Positions 25,486 through 32,000 of a DNA stretch of 32,000 nt are shown piece after piece. A program made the position numbers and the translations under genes. Source of the DNA: Pseudodesulfovibrio mercurii (GTDB lineage Bacteria > Desulfobacterota > Desulfovibrionia > Desulfovibrionales > Desulfovibrionaceae). Where the stretch lies: positions 2,430,001 to 2,462,000 of the forward strand of contig NC_016803.1 in assembly GCF_000189295.2 (NCBI RefSeq), written 5' to 3'. Under the pieces are notes generated by a model, which made no database searches, had not been told where the DNA came from, and worked only from the letters and a program-made list of their open reading frames with translations. Numbering within the stretch: position 1 is the stretch's first letter; each line of letters starts with the position of its first letter.

Positions 25486-25840
25486 AAGCGAGGTGCGCAT
25501 GGGAAATACATCGCTCGCAAGCAAGGCGTTGTCCCCCGATGCTGCGGAGACGTTGAAACAACTGGGTGCGAACATCAAGGAAGCACGTGTGCGTCGAGGG
25601 ATGACGCAGGTCGAGCTGGCCACACGGGCATCGACCAGTCATGCCGCCCTGGGGCGGCTTGAACGCGGCGAACCGTCGGTGGGCATCGGCATCCTGGTGC
25701 AGGTCCTAGACGTGCTGGGGCTGGCCGCAGGGCTTGGCCAAGTGGCCGATCCGGACATGGACGACGTCGGGAAGTCTCTCCAACAGTTGAAAAGCCCAAA
25801 GCGAGTCCGCACCAAGAAGCGTGACGACCTTGATTTCTAG
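25478..25840 (+). CDS. hipB: XRE-family HTH antitoxin (HipB-like)
   Basis: The HTH reads RRGMTQVELATRASTSHAALGRLERGEPSVGIGILVQVL. An alternative start at the ATG at 25499 has a GAGGTG just upstream. It ends 8 nt before hipA. Confidence 0.75.
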   Translation: MLASEVRMGNTSLASKALSPDAAETLKQLGANIKEARVRRGMTQVELATRASTSHAALGRLERGEPSVGIGILVQVLDVLGLAAGLGQVADPDMDDVGKSLQQLKSPKRVRTKKRDDLDF

Positions 25841-25848
25841 GAGGCCGC

Positions 25849-27099
25849 ATGCCCACGGACAAAACCTACGTCTATATCCATCTTGGCGGCGAATTCGTCC
25901 CGGCGGGACTGCTGACCATGCACCAGGACGGCCGGGAGGTGGTCTCCGCCTTCGCCTATGGTCGGCGTTACCTGGAACGAAGGGATGCCGCACCCGTTGA
26001 TCCGCTTCAGTTGCCGCTGGGGCAGGCCGAATATCATGCCGGAGGCATGTTCCGGGCCTTCCAGGACGCCAGCCCGGACGGATGGGGCCGCCACCTACTG
26101 GATCGGGCTGCGGAACGGGACGGGGTTGTCCCCTCGGAATTCGACTATCTGACTGTCCTGAACCAGGAGGACCGCATCGGCGCGCTCGCTTTCGGGCCGG
26201 ATCTGAATGGCCCGCGACCGGCGACGCCTGTCTGGCGGCCCGAGGAAATCCCCGGCGACCGCCTTGACCTGGCCGCCATGCTCCGGGACGTGGATGCGGT
26301 CCTCAATCACGAGGCCTTGCCCGCCGACCAACGGCGCTTTCTGATTCGCGGCTCGTCCGTAGGCGGCGCACAGCCCAAGGCGGCCGTGGAGTACGAGGGC
26401 AGGTCCTGGATCGCCAAATTCTCGCGGGAGCTGGAACAGTGGCCAACCTGCCGCATCGAGTTGGCGGCCATGCGGCTGGCCGCGAAATGCGGCATCCGGG
26501 TTCCCGAATGCCTGGTGGTGGACGTGGGCGGACGGGATGTATTCCTGGCCGCCCGGTTCGACCGGGGCGGAAACCCGCCCATGCGCCATCACTTCCTGTC
26601 AGCCATGACGCTCACCGGGGCCGACGACATGGCGAACGGAACCTACGGCGACATCGCCTTGGCCTTGCGCCGTTTCGGGGTGGCGGGCCACCTCAAGGCC
26701 GACCTTGAGGAGCTGTTCCGCCGCATGGTCTTCAACATCCTGTGCAACAACTGGGACGACCACCTCAAGAACCACGGCTTCCTCTACGACACCGCAAGCG
26801 GCAAATGGCGGCTCTCACCCGCCTACGACATCGTGCCGCAACCCCAGCGCGACGGCGACGACGCCAGCCGCCTGACCCTGGGCATCGGCAAACAGGGCCG
26901 GGTTGCTACGCTCGACAACGCGTTGTCACGATGTGCTGATTTCGATCTCGATTTGCCCAAGGCCCGGGAAATCGCCCTGGGCATGGCCGTATTGGTGCGC
27001 GAAAACTGGCAGGGAGAGAATGAGCGGGCAGGCGTGCCGGAAGCGAAAATACGGTTGATCGAGGAGGCGTACCGGGTTGCCCTTTTGGAAGGGGGATAA
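25849..27099 (+). CDS. hipA: HipA-family serine/threonine kinase toxin
   Basis: 416 aa. Motifs: SVGGAQPKA, NNWDDHLKNHGFLY, LSPAYDIVP. Confidence 0.85.
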   Translation: MPTDKTYVYIHLGGEFVPAGLLTMHQDGREVVSAFAYGRRYLERRDAAPVDPLQLPLGQAEYHAGGMFRAFQDASPDGWGRHLLDRAAERDGVVPSEFDYLTVLNQEDRIGALAFGPDLNGPRPATPVWRPEEIPGDRLDLAAMLRDVDAVLNHEALPADQRRFLIRGSSVGGAQPKAAVEYEGRSWIAKFSRELEQWPTCRIELAAMRLAAKCGIRVPECLVVDVGGRDVFLAARFDRGGNPPMRHHFLSAMTLTGADDMANGTYGDIALALRRFGVAGHLKADLEELFRRMVFNILCNNWDDHLKNHGFLYDTASGKWRLSPAYDIVPQPQRDGDDASRLTLGIGKQGRVATLDNALSRCADFDLDLPKAREIALGMAVLVRENWQGENERAGVPEAKIRLIEEAYRVALLEGG

Positions 27100-27204
27100 T
27101 TCAGCCCTTCGCTTTTCTCGAACCAACAACGTGATCACGCCATTCCTCGGGGACTCAAGCGCCTCGCACGTAAACAAGTCGTTCCCGTCTCGGCCCGGGC
27201 AAAA

Positions 27205-27921
27205 TCAATTTGAATACTTGATGCTGTAATCGTTCAGCATCCTGGCAAGCCGGGGAAAGTTCTCTTTTTTCCATTCCATGCACAAAAAGTATTTCCCCAA
27301 GGCGTCCTTATAATACCGCCGCCGTCCGTTGGCATCAAAAACCTTGAAGGGATCTGTCGTCAAAACCGGATGCCCCAAACCCAATACTTTTCGACAAAAG
27401 GCATGGTCCTGCAAAAGGCCAATATCCTTAGGTGAAAGTTTTTGAACCAATATGCCCATGACAAGAAACAAATAATCTTTACTTGTTTCATTGCCCAAGG
27501 CCGTTGGCAACTTTGTTCCCTTTATCTCAACAAAAGATTTTATTCTGCCTTTTCTGTAAATAGCGTGATTGACCTTGGAAACAGTTTCTTCATCTTCATT
27601 ATCATACTTCCCATGGCATTCTTTACACAAAAATGCACATGTTTCTGATATCGGATAATGTGACACCTCTATCAGATGAACCATTTCTTCTATTTCGATA
27701 GAATATTCGGAACCTACTTTTTCAGAACGCTCCAAACATTCTTTTATGATATCATTTCTTTTTCTGGTCATTAGATGAGCGGATTGCAACGATCTTTTTT
27801 TCCCGCAACAATCACAAACGGCATTTTTCTTATATTGCCGGGTAGTTTCCTTGATATTATTGCGTACCTTGGGACCCAAGAAACACACGAAGTCGTCATG
27901 AGAAATGGTGCAGGTGGCCAT
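27205..27921 (-). CDS. AT-rich hypothetical protein with HNH/His-Me-finger-like Cys/His pattern
   Basis: 238 aa. It has CDCCGKKRSLQSAHL ... FLCKECHGKYD, and the C-terminal ~120 aa are unassigned. By eye (not computed) this is clearly the most AT-rich coding stretch in the window. Confidence 0.4.
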   Translation of the reverse strand: MATCTISHDDFVCFLGPKVRNNIKETTRQYKKNAVCDCCGKKRSLQSAHLMTRKRNDIIKECLERSEKVGSEYSIEIEEMVHLIEVSHYPISETCAFLCKECHGKYDNEDEETVSKVNHAIYRKGRIKSFVEIKGTKLPTALGNETSKDYLFLVMGILVQKLSPKDIGLLQDHAFCRKVLGLGHPVLTTDPFKVFDANGRRRYYKDALGKYFLCMEWKKENFPRLARMLNDYSIKYSN

Positions 27922-28140
27922 GTTAACCTCTTTTCTTTTATATTACAATAGCATAAAGAGCAGGTGTCGTCAACAAATATTTGAAAGTCGATGGCCACGG
28001 CTGAGATTGCCGGGGAGACCCATTTCCACGTGGCTCGTCCGTGGCTCCATACGTGTCAAACGTGCTTTTCGTGGCGTTGGTGGCGTTTGCAACTGGCTGA
28101 AATCACGTAGGTAAGCGGCCTCCCGTGGTTTTCAATATAC

Positions 28141-28185
28141 CCTCTCACGCCGGCAGCAGGGGTTCAAACCCCCTTGGGGACGCCA
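28141..28185 (+). repeat. attR: displaced 3' half of tRNA-Glu
   Basis: 44/45 identity with 8486-8530. There is no 5' half of a tRNA upstream of it. Confidence 0.85.
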
Positions 28186-28195
28186 CCGACAAAAC

Positions 28196-28234
28196 AACGG
28201 GTTACAGCGGAAGCTGTAACCCGTTTTTTGTTTT
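28196..28234 (+). terminator. rho-independent terminator (probable original tRNA-operon terminator)
   Basis: 13-bp stem AACGGGTTACAGC / GCTGTAACCCGTT, GGAA loop, then TTTTTGTTTT. Confidence 0.75.
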
Positions 28235-28261
28235 GGCCGCTCGCCGTTTTCCCGGCCCGTT

Positions 28262-31129
28262 CTACTTCTTTTGCGGCAGGAAGGCCCGCCAGCTTTTCTT
28301 GAAGGTCTCGCGGTTGAGGGGCTGGTCGTTGAACACGAACTGCGAATAAAACCAGCCGATGAGGATCAGGCAGACGCCGAGGCCGAGGAAGGAGAAGGCG
28401 CGCAGCAGGCCCGTCAACTCCGAGGCGTCGTACAGGAAGATCTTCACCACCGAGGGGGCCATGAGGCACAGGGAGGCCAGCCGGAGCATGCGGTTGCCCC
28501 GGATGGTCCCGATGATGAGAAATGCCATGGCGAGGACGATCCAGGCGACCGAATAGGTGAATATCTCCAGGTCCGTGGTCGCCCCCAGGCCGAGCCCCAC
28601 GGGGTGATAGACCTGGCGGACCTCCAGGGTGACCAGCAGGAACAGGAGAACCAGGCAGAAGACCCGGGAGCCGGTGCCGATGAACCGGATGCCCAGGGGG
28701 CTGAGAAGCCGGGCGAGCAGGCTCAGCCAGACGATGGGCGGGATGTATTCCGCAAGGAGCAGGTTGAAGACCGGGACGCTCCCGACCGAAATGCCGCGCA
28801 GCCAGGGGTTGAGCGCCACGTCCAGGCAGGCGACCCGCCAGACGGCCAGGGCGGCCAGCCCCAGGGCGACCCAGTTGAGGGAATGGTCCTCGCTGCGCCG
28901 GGCAAGGTGGAACCCGGCAAAGGCCGCGACGAACAGGCCGTTGGTGACCAGCCCGTTCTCGATGAGGGACGACAGGCCTTGCGGGATGCCGCCCGAGGCC
29001 AGAGCCCTGACCAGGACGGCCAAACTCAGGGCCAGCAGGATGCCGGCCGCGCCCTCCAGCCCTCTCCGGGAAAGCCGGGGCAGGTCGCGGACGAGCACGA
29101 GCGCGCCGATGACGAGGACGCACGGCAGCAGCAGGGAGAAGGTGGCGGTTTCGAGCCAGTAGGGACGGGAAAAGGCGTGCAGCGTCGCGCCGAACAGGGT
29201 GATCGTCCACGGGAGTATGCCGAGGCTCACGGTCTTGTACGCGAGCGCGGCCAGGGGCAGCAGCGGGAGATGGCCATAGGCCTCTTCCCGCGTCCACCGC
29301 CACAGCAGGGCTGCGGCCGCGATCAGGGCCGCGTACCCCAACGCCTCGTAATGGGACGACAGGCCGTAGGCCACGGCCCAGAGAAACCCGAAGCCGCCCA
29401 CCCAGGCAAAGGCGCGGGCCGCGTTGCGTGTGGCCGGATCGTCCCGCAGCCGTCCCACCCGTGGGGCCATGCCCAGGGCGACCGCGCCCAGGGCCGAGGC
29501 CGCCGCCGACCAGAAGGCCACCGGCATGAGCCGACCGAAATCCCGGTGGAAGAGATAGAATGCCGCCACGCCCGCACCGAGGACCAGGGGCGTCCATTTG
29601 CCGGGGGTCTCGGATTGCATCAACAGCAGGATGCCGCCCAGGCAGAAGACCCCGGCATAGGCCGCCAGCCACAGATGGTAGGGCGAAGGCGCCGAGGGCA
29701 GGGCCTCGGCTCCCACCACGGCCAGAAAGACGGCCGCCATGTAGGCCGCCGGAAGATAGGTCCGCTCCTGGAACCAACACAGGACCATGATCCCGGCGGC
29801 CAGGACGAGCAGGAAGATCAGGTTGACGGCGTTGCCGGAATAGAGATGGCCCATGCCCGAGGACAGGACCACGGCAAAGGCCACGGAGGCGATGCTGAGC
29901 AGGCTCCAGCGGTTGGACGGCAGGAACTTGTCGTCCGGGACCTCGGCGTCGGAGCGCTGCCACAGGAGCCGGACGATGAGGCCCGCGTCGAGCAGGATGA
30001 ATCCCAGAAGCACGCTCTGGTCCATCGGGGAGATCACCCGGACCAGCCAATAGCCGAGCCACAGGGCCACCAGGACGTTGGACAGGACGGCGGTCAGGAA
30101 AAAGCCCTTGCGGCGGCAGATGAACAGGAGGCCGCCGTGCAGCAGGATGAGATAGCCGAAGAAGACCACGGGGGACGGCGAGGCCCGGCCCACGAGCAGG
30201 GGGGCCGCGAAACCGCCCGCCATGCCGAGCAGGGCGATGGGTTCGCCCATGAGCAGGGATTCGAGCACGGCCCCGGCGGTGACCGCGGCCAGGCCCAGGA
30301 AGCCGAGCCACAGCGGGATGAGGCCGTAGAGCACGGAGGCGGCATAGAGCGTGCCGTACAGGATGGCCAGCCCGGCACCGGCCAGGGACATGGCCATGCG
30401 CTCGCGGTCCACCACGCCTTCGCGGTGGTACAGGTTGAGTCCGGCCGCCTGGAGCGCCGCGCCGAACACTCCGCCCAGGATGCACCGGCCCAGGGGGCCG
30501 AGCAGCCCCTGCTCGATGGAATACTTGACGAGAAAGATTCCGGCCAGGATCAGGGCGGCCCCGCCCAGCCAGACCGGCAGCCGGGCGCCCAGCCGCCACT
30601 CCATGCCGCGCGCCGGGGTGGCGTCTTCCGGCACCTCGCCGCCAACGGGCGCGGGCTCGACGGGCGTGGGCTCGAAAGGCGAGGTCGCGGGTTCGGCCGC
30701 CCGGCGGGCCATGGCTTCGCCGCCCGCTCCGGCTTGGGGCTCGGGCACGGGCGCAACCAGGGGCTCCGGTTTCGGCTCAGGCACGGGCACGGCCTGGGGC
30801 TCCGGCTCGGGCGCGGGCGTCCAGGCGGGGGAGGCCTCATAGGTGAAGTCGGCCGCTGGTTTCCGGGCAGGTTCGACCGGGGTCTCGTCCGGGGCCTCGT
30901 CCGGCTCGGGCGCGGGCGGGCGCTCCCCGTCCCGCCGGGCGGCGGCGAGCCGGGACAGTTCCTTTTCCAGGGACCCCAGCCGGGTGACCAGCGCCTCCAT
31001 GCGGGCCGACTGCCCCTTGACCTTGACCAGACAATAAATGGGAAGAACGATGGAAACCGCCACCCAACCGAGACCGATAAGCAAGAGCATCTCCAAGGAA
31101 CGCCTCCCGGCAAGCCATATACGCAGCAT
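28262..31129 (-). CDS. DUF2339-like large polytopic membrane protein
   Basis: 955 aa. Layout: N-terminal TM, a short coiled coil (LVTRLGSLEKELSRLAAARR), a Pro/Glu/Ala-rich linker, then more than 20 hydrophobic segments. The start is uncertain (an in-frame ATG lies at 31090). Confidence 0.65.
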   Translation of the reverse strand: MLRIWLAGRRSLEMLLLIGLGWVAVSIVLPIYCLVKVKGQSARMEALVTRLGSLEKELSRLAAARRDGERPPAPEPDEAPDETPVEPARKPAADFTYEASPAWTPAPEPEPQAVPVPEPKPEPLVAPVPEPQAGAGGEAMARRAAEPATSPFEPTPVEPAPVGGEVPEDATPARGMEWRLGARLPVWLGGAALILAGIFLVKYSIEQGLLGPLGRCILGGVFGAALQAAGLNLYHREGVVDRERMAMSLAGAGLAILYGTLYAASVLYGLIPLWLGFLGLAAVTAGAVLESLLMGEPIALLGMAGGFAAPLLVGRASPSPVVFFGYLILLHGGLLFICRRKGFFLTAVLSNVLVALWLGYWLVRVISPMDQSVLLGFILLDAGLIVRLLWQRSDAEVPDDKFLPSNRWSLLSIASVAFAVVLSSGMGHLYSGNAVNLIFLLVLAAGIMVLCWFQERTYLPAAYMAAVFLAVVGAEALPSAPSPYHLWLAAYAGVFCLGGILLLMQSETPGKWTPLVLGAGVAAFYLFHRDFGRLMPVAFWSAAASALGAVALGMAPRVGRLRDDPATRNAARAFAWVGGFGFLWAVAYGLSSHYEALGYAALIAAAALLWRWTREEAYGHLPLLPLAALAYKTVSLGILPWTITLFGATLHAFSRPYWLETATFSLLLPCVLVIGALVLVRDLPRLSRRGLEGAAGILLALSLAVLVRALASGGIPQGLSSLIENGLVTNGLFVAAFAGFHLARRSEDHSLNWVALGLAALAVWRVACLDVALNPWLRGISVGSVPVFNLLLAEYIPPIVWLSLLARLLSPLGIRFIGTGSRVFCLVLLFLLVTLEVRQVYHPVGLGLGATTDLEIFTYSVAWIVLAMAFLIIGTIRGNRMLRLASLCLMAPSVVKIFLYDASELTGLLRAFSFLGLGVCLILIGWFYSQFVFNDQPLNRETFKKSWRAFLPQKK

Positions 31130-31390
31130 CCGTTATCTAGCAAAAACAAGAAGCTACAGCAACCTTTCAGGATGACGGGATAAACCAACGGCGCCCCTGC
31201 CGCTGAAAGGACCTTTACAAGCCGTCGGGTTCGATGTTTGTATCCCCCCGGCCCATTCTCCTTCCTTGGTCGTTCGCCAGGCCGTTCGCGCCGCCCGCTG
31301 AAGCTTCAAGAAGAGAACCGTTGACAATCCCCAGCCGCGCGGAGCCCGACAGGCCCTTGCGGCGTTCATGAATTTGGAGAACCATCGCAA

Positions 31391-32000
31391 ATGGACGAGA
31401 ACACGGAGACCATGCGCCCGGGCGACGGACCGGCGGACCGGGACGACGCCCGGCCCCGGCAAGAGCGTCACGGGCGTTTCCTCATGATCCTGGCCTTTTT
31501 CGCGCTGTCCGTGAACATGCGGGCGGCCATCACCTCCCTGCCGCCCATCATCCAGGAGCTGCGGGCCCTGTTCGACATCTCCGGCGGCTTCGCCGGATTC
31601 CTGACCTCCATCCCCGTGCTCTGCTTCGGCCTGCTGACCCCGCTCGTGGGCTATTGCATGAAGGGCATCCGGCTTGAGACCTCCGTCTTCGCCACGCTCA
31701 TGGGGCTTGTGCTGGGGTCGGTGCTGCGTTCCACAGGGGGCATCGGACTGGCCGTGGCCGGGACGGTGGTCATCGGCGTGTCCCTGACCATGGGCAACAT
31801 CGCGGCCCTGCTGGTCATCGGCCGGGAATTTCCGCAGCGCATCGGCGCCATGACCGGGCTCTACGTCTGCGGCATGTCCTGCGGCTCCATGGGCACCATG
31901 GCCCTGACCGCGCCCCTGTCGCACGGCCTGGGCTGGCGATACGCCCTCGCCTTTCCGGCCGCCCTCGCCCTGGTCGGCCTCGGGCTCTGGCTGGCGGTCG
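31391..32000 (+). CDS. MFS transporter, CynX/cyanate-permease-like, 3' end beyond the window
   Basis: My own translation from the ATG at 31391: ...FLMILAFFALSVNMRAAITSLPPIIQELRALFDISGGFAGFLTSIPVLCFGLL... It stays open to the window end and is not in the ORF track because no stop is reached. Confidence 0.65.
   Translation, partial: MDENTETMRPGDGPADRDDARPRQERHGRFLMILAFFALSVNMRAAITSLPPIIQELRALFDISGGFAGFLTSIPVLCFGLLTPLVGYCMKGIRLETSVFATLMGLVLGSVLRSTGGIGLAVAGTVVIGVSLTMGNIAALLVIGREFPQRIGAMTGLYVCGMSCGSMGTMALTAPLSHGLGWRYALAFPAALALVGLGLWLAV

Larger units (their letters stand above)
8486..28185. mobile_element. tRNA-Glu-integrated genomic (defence) island, ~19.7 kb
   Basis: It has flanking 45-nt direct repeats and a tyrosine integrase gene immediately next to the tRNA. 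GC is visibly lower and patchy compared with the flanks. The cargo is R-M, TA and MTase genes. Confidence 0.85.

Noticed and set aside
28164-31183. 811-aa (minus) and 970-aa (plus) ORFs overlapping the DUF2339 gene
   Set aside because: They are extremely Arg/Pro/Gly-rich translations. Only the 28262-31129 frame yields a coherent multi-TM protein.
31154-31924. 256-aa minus-strand ORF
   Set aside because: It is a Gly/His/Arg-rich shadow of the plus-strand MFS transporter, which I translated by hand.

Overview
GC-rich, Desulfovibrio-like (deltaproteobacterial) chromosome; the taxon is my inference from protein flavour and GC. It is interrupted by a ~19.7 kb integrative genomic island. Core left flank (1-8530): three c-di-GMP/HD-type signalling genes, murI, a Crp/Fnr regulator divergent from a Cys-rich miniprotein plus ACR3/BASS-like permease with a perfect TTGAT-N4-ATCAA box between them, a PaaK-like ligase, then tRNA-Lys(UUU) and tRNA-Glu(CUC). 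Intergenic spacers carry a family of GC-rich palindromic repeats. The island (8486-28185) sits in the 3' half of tRNA-Glu and is bounded by a 45-nt direct repeat (44/45 identical). It encodes a tyrosine integrase, an AlpA/Xis-like protein, a second integrase-domain protein, a ~1 kb gene-poor region, an HTH regulator plus orphan beta-class DNA methyltransferase, a long minus-strand type I R-M locus, a HipBA toxin-antitoxin pair and an AT-rich HNH-like gene. Main hunt result: the type I R-M locus is split. Between hsdS and hsdR lie four extra genes: a HAD-type hydrolase, a DUF2188 protein, a small GIY-YIG-like protein, and a 490-aa TIR-like protein with an unrecognised ~330-aa C-terminal domain. 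The TIR-like gene ends 10 bp before hsdR. No ThsA-type or other known TIR partner is present. I propose it as a candidate undescribed R-M-coupled (PrrC-style) abortive-infection module. Core right flank: a DUF2339 membrane protein and a partial CynX-like MFS transporter. All function calls rest on motifs read by eye; no database search was run.
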